Shown: positions 25,763-39,450 of the stretch, piece by piece
Position numbering within the stretch: the first letter of the stretch is position 1
How the letters are laid out: each line of letters starts with the position of its first letter
Source: Euprymna scolopes
Taxonomy: Eukaryota
Reading direction: 5' to 3' (one strand)
Assembly: GCA_053919585.1 (NCBI GenBank)
Contig: CM132804.1
DNA: 64,000 nucleotides
The notes under the pieces: generated by a model
Databases searched by the model: none
The model's input: the letters and a program-made list of their open reading frames with translations, nothing else
What the model was told of the DNA's origin: nothing
Position numbers and translations under genes: made by a program

Positions 25763-26253
25763 CATTGTCGTGATGGTGTAGAGACGAGACCAGCAACGAC
25801 AACTGGCATGTTCGCATAGATACGGACTTGGGAATGTCTTTCAAAAGCAATGATTGAGAAAGTTACTTTGGAAAGTAATTGTTTTCAACAGTAAAAAAAA
25901 TAAATTTCAAAAGGAATGATATTGCGATTTGACAAGTCTTTGAACACTTGTTAGGGTTTTTTTTTTTTTTTTAGTCCAATGCAATTTGAGATTATTTTTT
26001 TTTCTCCATTTGGTGAGCTAGAAGTTTGCCATTCTACTGGAAATCTGAAATCCTGGTACAACTATAACATGCATACATGCATAATTATTGAATTTTTGTT
26101 TGCCATTTTCATGGCACCTAAAAATTTATATTCCTAGTCTTAAACTTGCAAAATTTTCAAAATTTTGCATTTAACCTACTTAAAAAAAAAAATTCTTTGT
26201 TAGCTGTATTATACTTGCATAGATACCTCAAACTTTTTTTTTTCTTTTTGTAG

Positions 26254-26437
26254 GAAGTTAAAGTATGCAGCCCTGATTATATTGGCATGGACAAAAATGA
26301 AGCTGTAGAGGATTTCATGAAAAGAGTTGAACACTACGCGCTCAACTACGAGAAGTTAGATTATAATCATGATCGTAACATGTCTTTTATTCAGATTTTC
26401 AACCAAGGAGAAAGATTCCTTGTCAACAAATTAGCAG
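26254..26437 (+). CDS. PFKFB: PFKFB exon e: EVKVCSPDYIGMDKNEAVEDFMKRVEHY...SFIQIFNQGERFLVNKLA
   Basis: tttgtag / GTAAGA; EVKV.SPDY motif. Confidence 0.96.
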
Positions 26438-27185
26438 GTAAGACACAAATGGATTATATAATTGCTTTGTGATCTGAACAAGTATGGGAAAATGTACATG
26501 ACAGACTTTGATAGTTTAGTTGTATTGAAAGAATGAATGAGTGATTATAGTTAAATGTATAAAAATTGAATTAACAGGATCGTTTGTCAGGGGAAGTGAT
26601 AATTATGGATTTGAAATAAAAAGGAATAAAGACCTGATTAGAGATAGTTTAGTTTGGAAGTCTATTTCTAAAAGCCATATAACAATGGTATGATGAATGT
26701 GTAATGAGTTTTAAAAACACCCTCAGATCTGACAACCTCAGAAAAATTAAATCTGGACTTCAGAGAAAGACTGATACAAAAAGTGTGTGCATGTGTTGGA
26801 AGTGTCCAACAATATATGCCATACATAAACAATTTATGCATGATGTTTAGTCTTTGTTGATAGGACTTTCTTTTTATTACTTTTCTTTCTGTACGATTCT
26901 TACCTCATGAGAATTAAGATATCAACTAAAAATGAGGTCATTGAATTAAATTTGGAAATAGATTTTGAGAATTAATATTCTAGTGATATCACTTGACTAA
27001 ATGGCTAACTTCATTCTTTAATGCTAAAATTGTATTTTTAATTCTATAAATTTTATGAAATAATTTCTAATGTGTAATTTAGTCAAAAATGAAATGTAAC
27101 CTGTGATATTGAGAGAATAAGATAATTAGTGTAAATGTATATTTTCCAAAGATTCATCTTGCTGCTTTTTTCTTTTTTCTTACAG

Positions 27186-27259
27186 GACATCTTCAAAGTC
27201 GAGTTGTCTATTACTTGATGAACATTCATGTTCTTCCTAGGACGATATACCTCACACGG
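27186..27259 (+). CDS. PFKFB: PFKFB exon f: GHLQSRVVYYLMNIHVLPRTIYLTR
   Basis: cttacag / GTTTGT; kinase-phosphatase junction. Confidence 0.95.
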
Positions 27260-27923
27260 GTTTGTATTATGATTAAGATTATCATTTAAAAACATTTATG
27301 GACTAGCAAAAATATATGGCATTGCCTGGGAGTATAGATTTAAAAAAATTTTCCTTTCACTCTCCATTAAACTGACCCCCTCCCTCTCTTTTGCCCTCTC
27401 CCTGACTGCTCACCTTCCTTTCTGTGTAATATGTATTATGCAAATTGATTAACAGTGGTATCTGCAGAATAACATCAAGAAACATTTTGCAAATTAAAGC
27501 AATTGAAAAACTAGGGTTAGAATGTTTTGGGAGTTTAAAGTTTTGATTATTGGCTAATAACTGCTTTTTTGTTAAACAAATTAAAATTATAAAATGCTTT
27601 TATATAAAAGTTGTTTTTCCATATGTCCTAACTTTTAAACTATAAGTCACATCCACAAATCTGATGTATTCTTTTTCGGCATTGACCCAAACATTTTTTT
27701 TTGTTAGTGCAGGGGAACAGAATTAATCAAAGAGGTGTTTGCTGAAATTTAGAGCCATTAAATAAAAATGTAATTTGTCAAGGAATTATCTCCAGTTGCC
27801 AAAGAGGTGATAAGTTTTAAGATGGTTGTTAAACACACTTTTTAATTTTATTTTGTCAATGCATCCTAACAATGCCAGATAACCATACTAGTTAATAATG
27901 AAATATAATTAATCTTTCAGTCC

Positions 27924-27966
<43 letters not shown>

Positions 27967-28598
27967 CATGTAAGGAAACAATTGAAAATCCTCATCTGCA
28001 TAAATATTAATCAGTATTCTAATATTAATTTTTTTTCTTTATAATATTAGCAACTATTCAATCTTAACTTTTACTTTTAAAAAAATTGTGGGATTTAAAA
28101 AAAAAAAAAAAAAAAAAAATCTGGATTACTATCCTCGTCTTGGTTGATAGTCACAATGTTCCAATCAATGTAACCTCCAATCCTCAGGTACATTTTTCCA
28201 GACTTGGGAACCTGTATGCAATTTGAAACAATTCTACTTAATCAACAGGATTAGATTGTTCTTATTCCATCATCATAGAGGTTAATGGTTCACTCCTAAC
28301 AATAACAAATTAACAATTCTATCTTGTAATGACAGACAGAATAAAATGATCTACTTCTGTGGATTAAACAATTCAGTTTAAAATTACATCCAGGATTTGT
28401 AGTATTAAGTTCCAAAGTTCAGAACCATTCACATGAAGGTCAGAGGTTACATTGGCAGAAACATGAATATAACATTCACTGATATCAAGAATAGTAATCC
28501 ACATGATACAAATGATCAATCCTCATCTTGAAAATTCTGAAATATAAAAATATGTACCTTGCATAAAAAAATGTTACCTTTTCTCTGTATTTTACTAG

Positions 28599-28670
28599 CA
28601 TGGAGAAAGTATAATGAATTTGCAAGGAAGAATTGGTGGAGATAGTGACATTTCTGAGAGAGGATGGCAG
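28599..28670 (+). CDS. PFKFB: PFKFB exon g (catalytic His): HGESIMNLQGRIGGDSDISERGWQ
   Basis: ttactag / GTGAGT; completes RHGE; GRIGGD motif. Confidence 0.95.
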
Positions 28671-28700
28671 GTGAGTTTTTAGATTTAAACAATTCATCTA

Positions 28701-29963
28701 CGAGGGGCGTGCAATAAGTAATGCTCCTGGCCCACTTTCCATAGCAGTAGAGCAACGAAACTTGGCACAGTTATTAGTCTTTCTCTACATAGGAACCACT
28801 CAGTTATGCATTTCTCCCATCGTTTGATGCAGCTCTGGAGATTGTTTTTGTAGAACACCCCAGGTTGGTCCTCCAACCATGACGTGACTTCAGAAATCAA
28901 GGCTGCATCATCTGGGAAAGTTCATGGCTGAGAAGAGGTGAAAATCAGAGGGTGCAAGGTCAGGAGAGTAGGGAGGATGGGGGAGGATTTCATAACCACC
29001 TGCCCGTGCTTCTGATCTGGCAACATGCGAGTTGTGGACCGGAGTGTTGTCTTGCAGGAGGAGGGTACCTTTCCTGATCTTGCCCCATGTCTTGATTTTG
29101 ATAGCTTCCCTTAATTTCCTCAAAAGTGAAGCATAATAGGCTCCTGTAATTGTGGTACCCTTTCCTAGGAAATCTGTCATCACTACTCCGTCTTGGTCCC
29201 AGAAGACTGTGAGCATGACCTTGCCAGCGGAGGGCTGCACCCTTACCTTCTTTGGAGGTGGTGAGTCCAAGTGCTTCCACTGCATTGACTGGGCTTTGGT
29301 CTCTAGATCATAGTGATGAACCCAGGTTTCATCCTGCATAATCAGTCTTTTGAAAAACTTTGACTCATCTTCTTGGCACATCTCCAAATTCATCCTTGAG
29401 CACTCAATGCGTTCTCGCTTCTGGAATGGTGTGAGCAACCTGGGAATCCATCTGGCAGACCCCTTATGCATATGCAAATGGTCATGAATGATAGTTTCCA
29501 CAGACCCTGTACTAATCTTGATATCTTGAGCTATTTGGCGACTAGTAATGCGCCGATCTTCCAAAATGGCAGCCTCAACTTGGACAGACGCCTCATCAAT
29601 GGCAGAAGTGGAGGCGACTAGGTCTGGGAGCTGTTTCCACAGACTTCCGGCCATGTTTGAATTCACGATGCCAGCATTTTACAAGGTCATATGATGGGGC
29701 ATTATCACCATAAGTTTCATTTCATCAAAAGTCTCCTGTGGTGTGCGTCCTTTCAAATACAAAAACGGATCACTGCTCGACATTCAACAGGCCCCATTTC
29801 ACACCTGACTCAGTTCAAACACCTGTAAAACAGAAACCACAATTAGTTCAAAGGTGTAATTTGCCACATAACCCGTAGAGATATAAATCATTGCACATGC
29901 AAAATTTCAGCTACATCAGACAACTGGAAGTGGGTCAGGGTATTACTTATTGCATGCCCCTCG
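28701..29963 (-). mobile_element. Full-length mariner (DD34D) element with frameshifted transposase
   Basis: TA TSDs; ~40-bp TIRs CGAGGGGCRTGCAATAAGTAAT; ATG at 29797; WIPRLL, DETW, QDN, HPPYSPDLAPSDFHLF. Confidence 0.95.
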
Positions 29964-31700
29964 TATTTTGCAGCATTTAAGAATTAAATGACAAACATTG
30001 GAAATTTCAGATTAAGACTTTATTTCAGGATTTACTATTAAACATGTAATTTTATAACTGATTTGCTCAAAGTGTGCACAATTCATTCCAAAAATGATTT
30101 TAATGATTTTGATAATAGGAAATTTACCATTTTGAGAATAAAATCTTAAACTCGCTTATTTTTATTTTTTAAGCATAGCAACTGTTAGAAGCTATAAAGG
30201 TTAATTATAAACCATTTTCTAATTGGATTCTAATTTGTAAAAAAAAAAAATCTTTGAATGTAGGAACAATAGGTTCACATTTCTTGGTTGTAATTAGGTA
30301 TTATAAACCTGAAAATTTGTACTTTGCACTTTTATTCTTCATTATATGAGATCACCAGTCAGTAAATTTTTGTAATCTAAAAATTGTTTGATTATTCAGT
30401 TCTGTATACAACTTTTTCTTTTGCATTTCTTGTAATTGTATCAGCACTAGTCATTCTCAGATTGTATTATTCTACACCATTTCTCAATGTAATTTTAGCC
30501 AATTTGTTTTGGACTAGTTTAAGTTCACCGAAAGGCAATGAAATTGAAAGTAAAAAAAAAAAATAAAAAATAATACCTCTAATTGAAAACAAGAATTATC
30601 CAATGTTAATGAAATTTTAAGTATTATGTGAGTATTAATATACAGTATTTTATTTAAAAAGAAAAAAGGCAAAGCAATAACTTCTTTAGGTCACTTAAAT
30701 TACTTTATCCTCCACCTGCCCACCTCTTCATTTCAAGGACAAAATGAGTTTTATTGTACTCAGTCAAAACTTGTTGACCACTTTTACAAAGCAATAATAC
30801 TCTGAAAGTGAAAAGATTTTTTAATTGCTAAAGCAATTCTCTGTAGAAAATTCTCTAAAATCAGAAATTGAAATAAAAAATGTCTTCAGAGCTTTTAAAT
30901 ACTACCTACCTTTTAAAGAAAAAGGTTTCTAATTTTTTCTTTACTCAAACCTTTTAAATATTAGCTAATGGATTTGTTTCAGTCAAGCTAAATTTTGGGT
31001 TGCAAGTCTGTTGAGTAGAAGAAAACTGATATTGTAAAATCCTTCAAAATAAAACTTCAAACTAGAGTTGTAATTAGATTAAGGGAGAATCCTGTTGCTG
31101 CACTGACAATGCAATCAAAGGGACTTGGTTGGGGAGGTACAGCAGGCAAGCTAGCTACCTTGTAGCTTTCCTCAAAAATGGCTGTCTGCTTTCCAATGTT
31201 CAATTCTCACTCTTGCTCCTCTTCAGAGGTCTGATGTCTGACTGAATCTGGTCTTTTGTTGGTCACAGGGGACGTTCACTGAAGATAATATCCAACTGGT
31301 CTCTAGACATTATTTCTCTCAAAGTCAATCCCAGCGAAACTCCATCAAATAAGGCATTTTTTAAACAAAGGATATCTCTTAGCTGGTTTGAATCTGGCTG
31401 CAGATATTTTCAGCTCTCTTCACCTCTCTTCCTCTGGCTAGCTCTCCTTTTAAATTAAAAATCAATAACTTATGCACTCAGATCACTTATGCCTACATAG
31501 TGCGATTATATCCAGATCATAACTGAAATGCAGGCAATAGCTTTTCACTATCAGTAATTTTTATAAAAGGACATTTAAACATCACATTATTCTTGTTCAG
31601 AAGTCTTGTACATATTTTTGGCTCCAAGGAAGTTATTGCAATTTATAAAATGCATCATTTGCAAGCATGTGCTTTTGACTATAATTTATTTAATATAACT

Positions 31701-31702
<2 letters not shown>

Positions 31703-31752
<50 letters not shown>
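31703..31752. repeat. (TG)n(TA)n compound microsatellite
   Basis: Direct reading. Confidence 0.95.
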
Positions 31753-31811
31753 AATAAATTCCACAGCCAAATAACATCGTAGCCCACAAGAGCCATGACA
31801 GTCAACGAACC

Positions 31812-31863
31812 GGAAGTCCAAGATTCGAGTTTCACCCTCATTTGGGCTCATCAGTAAAGACAC
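31812..31863 (-). ncRNA. Minimal type I hammerhead ribozyme motif (degenerate)
   Basis: CUGAUGA (31854-31848), helix II GCCC-aaauga-GGGU, GAAAC-UCGA-AUC with predicted cleavage after 31822; helix I imperfect. Confidence 0.7.
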
Positions 31864-31869
31864 ATCTGA

Positions 31870-31936
31870 ACTCAGGATTTGAAACCCGAGCCTCCTGCAT
31901 GCGAGGCAAGCACTCTACCAACTGAGCAACCGCCCC
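31870..31936 (-). pseudogene. tRNA-Ala(CGC)-derived SINE head (not a functional tRNA)
   Basis: GGGGCGGTTGCTCAGTTGGTAGAGTGCTTGCCTCGCATGCAGGAGGCTCGGGTTTCAAATCCTGAG: A box, CGC anticodon loop, B box with 1-nt insertion, no 3' acceptor strand. Confidence 0.8.
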
Positions 31937-34879
31937 GCACACCAGAAATTCTATTAACCAACACAGATCAAGCAAAACCATGCCGAAATCCAACTGTAAA
32001 ATGGACCTACTTTGTCTCAACAAGCGACACGGTCATCCAACCAGTTAATATATATATATTTATATTATTCATGAATTCGCAATGCAAAATACTAAGACTT
32101 AGTTGTCATAGCAGTTTCTCTGAAATAGTTCCTGAAGACATGGCGATTTTCAAGTCTCATGTTAAATATAAAGTCGGCTTGTGAATTAATCATAGTTCGC
32201 AATCGTTTTATCCAAACCGTACAAGGTCTTGGTAAATAGTCCATTAGTATAAAAATAAACAAAGAAAAACAAAGCTGGAATTATATCAGTATTACGTCTG
32301 CAGTCAGATAACATTCCTTACTTCAGAAATGATTAGCGAGACTACAATTTCTGATCCCTTATTTCAAAATGTTACACAATTTCGGGTTGAATTTAAAAGA
32401 ATTGTTTGCTTGTTTTATATAACCAATCCAATTTTATTGCATTGAGCGCTACTGACTTACAAAACCCCAGCAAAATATTTGAATGAAATTTTGACCTAAA
32501 AGTATTGCTGACAAGTTTGCCAAAGTAAGACTTTTTCAGAAAAAAAGTTTTATTTGCTTGTATAGAATTAAGAGATTAAAAGTTTTTCCCTGTAAATATT
32601 GGAGATATTACATTTTAAACAAATTTTTACTTACAGAAACCTTTTCTTTTTATTATCAGGATGATATCGAGACTTAATATGGAAACTTTTACTTCTTGTA
32701 AACTATTCTATTCCTATTCAACCATGCACGTTACTGTCTTTTAATACTAAAATCACTAATTTTTAACAAGCCTGTTTGCTTAAGAATGAGATTGGTTAAG
32801 AATAAGATTGACCTTTTTTAAGACCAAATTTGCAAAGAATCTGGCCTTTTCTTTTTTTCTTTTAAAGCAGTTTGGTCTTTAATTGTACTTGGCATTTTAA
32901 AAAAAAAAATGGCTTAAATTTTCGCTTTTCTGATATCACGAAAACATTTATTTGGTAGTAATAAAGAAAATCCTAACTTAAGCAGTTTGGTCTTTAAATA
33001 TTGTTTAAAACATTTTTGATTTGACATTTTCTTAATATTTTATAAATCTATATTTAAGTGAAAACATTACAAGTATTCTTGAAATTTGGGCTTGAATTTT
33101 ATTGCCTTTAAGTTTTAACCCCCCCCCCAATGATTTCAGATAAATTAAATTTGGTAGTATAAAAGAAAGCATTATAATTGAGTGTTTATGTTGTTGAGTC
33201 ACAATGCAATAAATCTAATTCATTTTCTTTCTGCTAAATGAAAAAGCCAATATGTAGTATGAAAAGCTGAACACCTTTCTCCATATTTCTTGTTCCCTCC
33301 CAAAGAGAACACACCTGCTTGCATTACCATCCTGCTCTTTGGGACCCAAAAGGTTCTTTGGTATATACAACTCACTTACCAAACTCATTGTGCCATTATC
33401 TTTCGTCTCTACCCAATGCAGATGCCCTTAAAAGCTAATTTTTGCCCTTGGTGAAAAAGATCTCAAACGAATGACTTTTATGGATTTTTAGATTCAGCAT
33501 ATACACATCACTCAAACGCACAAATACACTTTGTAGCTGCATATATTGAAACCTTTGTTCAAGCTTCTGTTTGTAAATTATTTATTCCTATCCATATTTC
33601 AAAACTGGAAGTTGAAATAGTTGATACCCGTATTGGAACCTGCAACATTATCTCCATTACCGAATAATGTTGTAGAAGATAGAACCTTATTAAAATGGAA
33701 GAATCACATTTATGCATAGAAAATAATGCTTATTGACAACTTTAAGATGGTGCAAAACAAAGTTTATAAAGAATGAGTTCAAAGATCGCTATGCTTTCTC
33801 ATATTAGGTTTAACATCCATTTTTACATGCGTGTTTGAAAGTTTTTAGAAATACTAAAACCAACTTTCTGATAGGAAAAAGTAATGTTCAAGCAAAGCAA
33901 TAACTTGATAAGCAGATTTTGAATCTACTCTCAGATTCAATCATTAGAATTTAAACATGTCATACATACCTGATGCGAAATGCTCAGATTGCTTAAATTT
34001 TGCAGTTGTTCTAGAAATCCAGAAGTCCACAAACTCGTTTTGGCCAATTGTTACATTCAAGATGTAACAATTAAAAAAAAATATGAAAGATATGAAATAT
34101 GGTTTTGGGAAAGTATTTTCCTTTATTTTCAACAATAACAAAATAAACGAAAAGTTTTGTTCACAAATATTTACAACAATAACAAAACAAACGAAAAGAG
34201 TCGGTTAACAAAAGATACAGTTGGTTAGAATTACTACTATCAATACAAAAAGAAATGACGGCTTGGTGAAACTCTGGTCAAAAACCAAGACGAGGAAGTG
34301 GAGGGTATGAGAGAGAAAGAAGGTAGTCAAAATTAAGAACCACTAACAGGCCAGATTCAAGTGACTATTCACTCTATTAATAATGAAATTCAATGACAAT
34401 AAGACTCCTTTTTGTTTTTCTTTTTAAATGTTTGGTCAATAAGAAAATTTCAAAATTGTATTTACCACTAGTCTAGAAGGCATTTTCTGCAAACTTACCG
34501 TGGGTTTTGTTTTGGATCTTTTGGCTGGACTTATCCATGAATCAGAGACCGGAGTTACCTTAACGGGTACAAGCTGATAACTGATCTGTTTCCACCTCTC
34601 CACCTTTATTTATATGGCACCATAACCCATTCTAGATTATTGCAGAATCCTCTGGGGCCTTCTAGATCATTCTAAACTTTCTATTACTATACTCTGGCTT
34701 TTAAACTATTTTGTGAATTAAAAACTTTTGAAATTTGATTATTAGGACTACCTACAATACTTTAGCACACATTTTAAACAAACAGCTGATTCTTATTATT
34801 TATTGAAATGCTCCCTCGTAACACAAGCATAAATTGAAGTTGCCTGAGGTAGCAGAGGAGTTAGATTACCATTTTTGCA

Positions 34880-35533
34880 TTCACATTTGTCAATAAGAAA
34901 GTCTTCAAAGTTGGTGTTGTTTGCTTGGTTGCTAAAAACATGCTGATGATACAAAGCAGTGTTTGCTGTTTCAATTTAACAAAAACAAATTTTTTGCATC
35001 AATATGTGGTAAGGATGAAACCTTGATTCAACAGGTGAAAGCTGACCCAAAATATAAATATCAGCAGGCAAGGTTTTTGTATTTTATAGGTGCAAGATAT
35101 TTAGTTTATTGATTCTATTGAGATGAACTAGTGATAGCAAATATTATGTGGCATTAGTGTACTTGAAGGAATAAATCACCAAAAATTGCTGTCAATGAAG
35201 ACAAGACACTGTCGCAAGTTGATTGCAACACTGGCAAAATGTGTAGTGCATTTTGAATTGCTTCCACACTCGCCCTGTTTTCCAGATGTGCACACCCTCC
35301 CTCAAAGCAATTATGGCTGTTTACAGAACTCAAAAGAAATCTTCAGGGAAAGATTTTGTTCCAGTAAAGAACTATTGACAACTGAAGTCTTTTTGAAATT
35401 AAAGATAGATTCTACAAAAAATTGTTGGAGAAATGTTGGAATTGTTTATCACCTTTGAAGATGACCGTTAACATAAATCCGAATTTTGCCTAAAATTTTT
35501 TATTTATTAAACCCAGAACATTAAGTGATGTGT
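34880..35533 (+). mobile_element. Old mariner (irritans-like) transposase C-terminal remnant and right end
   Basis: DET..H, SAGKV and FELLPHSPCFPD (cf. LLPHPPYSPD) remnants. Confidence 0.6.
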
Positions 35534-37495
35534 GAATTGATAGAAAGAAACTGCTTATTTGCCCCCCTCCACACCCATCAAGAGTTGGCACTTAAAATAA
35601 CATTCACTGTCACTGCTACTTCAGATATGGCTAGTATGGTGAGAAATATTAGCATATTTCAATGCTTTTTGGTGCACTTAATACCACTTCCGATATAAAT
35701 AAAATATTCATCTAATGTGAATGTTTTAAATAAAAAAAAGCTTGTGAAAATAACATTCTACCATTTTTACTTTTAGAAAATTTTGAACATTTTCACAAAA
35801 TTAATTTTACCATCAGCTTATTTCTTGTGCAAGCATAAGGTCTGTGATAGGTAATTCTGAAGTATAGAAAGTGAATGAGAAAAAAAATCTTAAATTTTAA
35901 AAATTTGTTGTAAATATTTCAGTTTTGTATCTTGAATTCAAAATGTATATTAAATATGTTAAATTTTTTATTTAAATCCTGATCATAGCACTGTCTTTAT
36001 GCCTAAACCATTTTAAAGCTGATGGCTCTTGTGTGGCAGTAAACTCTGGTTAAAAAGACAGTCCTGGATCTTGAAGGAAATGTCTAGTTGTAAAAATTAG
36101 GAACTTCCTGAACTTCTAAAAAAAATTATCTAATTATTTTGAATAATGTATTTGCCAAATTTTCCTAAATTTTGTAACTAATGAAGAGGTAAAAAAAAAG
36201 AAAATGTTAGCATATGCATGAGTCAATATTTCAATGAATTCAATATTCATTGAAGGTCGAACATTGATTAACCAATTTGAACAACCATTATATCAAAAGT
36301 AGAAGTTCTAGTTATGTTTACTTGTTCAGATATGATGTATAAACATTATTGCTGAAGGAGATAAAATTTTTTCACTTTAAAGTCGCAAATAATTGGGACT
36401 TATAAATTATATGCGTAAAGAGTAATTCAAAATTAATTCTTAATTAAATGTTTGTTACTTTTTTAAACATTCTCAATGTTCATTTTGTCTTAAACTTTAA
36501 TTAAAATGGTGTGTACTGAAATCATCAGTCTTTATTTGCAATGAAAATTGATAAATTAAAAATACCAAAGCCAAAATTTGAGGGATTGCGTGGGCAATAG
36601 ACATTTTGTTCTACATATTTCAAAGCTTATTCTAAACTATTTAATTACTTGAATGCCACACTAGCTCTATGGACCTAATCCTACTTAAAATATGTTTAAT
36701 GTTTTAAAATTTTATATTAAAAGCCATAACATGCAATATGGAGTGGGACAAATTACAAATGTAAAGAAAGAACCAAATGAGATGAGAGGAAGTTTAGTAA
36801 GACCCTCCCAACTTATTTTAAGTGTAGAATTCTCACTATTTTCATGATTGTTTCAAAAACCTGGAAACAGGCAGGTCAATCCGAGTGAGAACTAGTGATA
36901 CAATACATGCTAGGGAGTGAGGAGGAAGATATATAATAAAAGAAATAGAAAATAGGGTTTCTTAATAGACTTAAGTAGGAAGATAGACAAAAGAAACTTG
37001 ACATGAGATACTCGAGTAGGGTGTGACAATTGACTGGAACAAACAATCAATAGAAATATATTTAGTTTTGACATTGGAGAGTGGCTATGACATGGGAGAG
37101 CGACAAAAGAAACGATTGACGACAAAGCTGGATTTAATGACCATCAGTGAGTTTTTATGGTGGTCGTGAGTTGGGACTTTGACGTTTGAGACTTCAGTTG
37201 GACTTTGACTACAGTTGAAAACTGATTGTGGCTTGGGTCAGGTTAGAAATGCTTTGGGAAATCGAAATGAACTGATGCCAATAAATGAGCCCAGCCTTGG
37301 AATGTAGATATGAACCTTGGGGTAAAAGAAAAGTAGGGATGAAGAACAGCATAAAAATTAAAAAGGAAATTTAATTCCTTCCAATATATAACAATCTTTA
37401 CTAAACTTCCAACTACATTTTTTTTTTTTCTGCTATTTCTTGATATCTTCTCTTCCTCATTTTTCCCTTCTCCACTTTACATCAATCCTTTCTAG

Positions 37496-37690
<195 letters not shown>

Positions 37691-37811
37691 TAAATTTCCT
37701 TTTTGCTTGTTTCTTATCTCCATTTAAGTTTATCAATTATCATAATTTATCTATTCTTTAAACGGAAACACTTAATACTTATATTATTATCAGTATTGTG
37801 TGTGTGTACAA

Positions 37812-39371
37812 TAGTGCCAAAAAGAAAGTCCACACTTGTCATTTTTCAAGAACCACAAATTTTAGTTAAATTGAATGTAATGAACAACCTATACCTCATT
37901 TGATTCACCTTTTTATTCCTCTATAATTTTACCTGTTCATATTTGACTTTTAATTGAAGTGTCCTAGTGTGCATGTCCATTTTTAAAAAATTAACTTCAA
38001 ATCAAAGGCAAAAAAACTTTGCACAATGGAAAATTATTTAAATGTAACTAGAACATTAATGCAGCACAAATACAAGAAAACAATGAACTAGTTATTTAGT
38101 AGCATAGCTCTTCTGCAATTTGACAGGCTGCAATCTTTTAGGTATTCTTTGAACGAGTCTGCAGCAATACTCAAGTGAAAAGGCATTCCACTTTTTAATC
38201 TTTGTCCAAAATTTTTCCAGATTTGAAATTTTATCATTGCATAGCTGTTGCTTGATGTAATGCCATGTTTTTGATAGGATTGAGGTCTGGAGATTGTGCA
38301 GGCCAATCCAAACACTGAATATAATGCTTTTCAAGGAACCTCTTGACATTGCCAGCTGTGTGAATGGAAACATTATCCTGCATGATGGGATTATAATCCA
38401 AATTCTGGCCAAAGTAGGGTAGAAAATACTCAGTCGACGTATTAATGTACGTGGTCGAATCAATTTGACCTTGCAAGCAACCTATAGGCCATGGACTGTT
38501 GGCATTAATAACAGCCCACACCAAAACTTAACCTCCACCACCTTGCAGTGTTGAAACTGCACCTAAGATTAAATTCTTTGTCCTTCCCTTCAGTGGATGT
38601 ACTGCCTACTATCACTGCCTAACGTATTGAACTTGTTTTCGTTGCTAAAAATCATTTTCGACTAATATGAAGTCATGATCTTTATTGCATCTGATGAAGT
38701 CCAGACAGCACTTTCTGTTCTTTACAAAAATCATTGGCTTACGTTTTCAAATTAAATTTCTTCAATCTGTTAACTGTAGAAAGAGAGCACTTTTTAACAA
38801 GATTACACTGTTGGATTTGAAGCCGTTTCAAATCTATTTCTGAGGCTGCAGATCTTGATAGCATTGTCTTTTCTGTAAGAAGTAACTCTCGGATGACCAG
38901 ATTTAGGGGCATTACAACACTGCCAGTGTTTTGGTGTTTTTACAGTCATTTGTAAGATTTTCTCATCGCATATTAATCTGCAGCCGATTTCTCAATTGGA
39001 TGAACCAGAAAGGTGGAGATTAATGAGCTAACGATCACTAAGTTGAGACATATGGACTAAATGTTACGGTGTATAACCTGGAATAAGAATTACGATTAGA
39101 GATGCTTTGTTGCTTAAAAGGTGAATATTTTAAGTTGGTTTTAAGCTCATTTGTTGCTGCAGAGTTTCGTTTTGCCGTCTTGATTTGAAGTTAATTGTCT
39201 AAAGTGTCATAAAATATGAGGATACTTCAATTAAAAGTCAAATATAAACAGATAAAAATTATAGAGAAATAAAAAGCAAATCAAATGAGGTATAGATTGT
39301 TTAAACAGTTACATTTAATTTAGGTTAAATTTGCAGTTTTTGGACAAGTGCTGACTTTTTTGCTGCCACTG
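37812..39371 (-). mobile_element. Tc1 (DD34E-type) element with long (~200 bp) TIRs, decayed
   Basis: Inverted arms ~37812-38010 and ~39175-39371 ending CACTG; IFSNENKF, VWAVI, MQDNVSIH, WPAQSPDLNPIKN. Confidence 0.88.
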
Positions 39372-39391
39372 TGTGTGTGTGTGTGTGTATA

Positions 39392-39449
<58 letters not shown>
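39372..39449. repeat. (TG)n(TA)n microsatellite
   Basis: Direct reading; abuts the Tc1 terminus. Confidence 0.95.

Positions 39450-39450
<1 letters not shown>

Larger units (their letters stand above)
31755..32048 (-). mobile_element. tRNA-Ala-headed, hammerhead-containing short retroelement (SINE/retrozyme-like)
   Basis: ~295-bp higher-GC island between (TA)n tracts holding a tRNA-like head and an HHR core; ends approximate. Confidence 0.65.

Noticed and set aside
31870-31936. Functional tRNA-Ala gene
   Set aside because: No 3' acceptor strand, insertion in the T-loop, no terminator; runs straight into the hammerhead core
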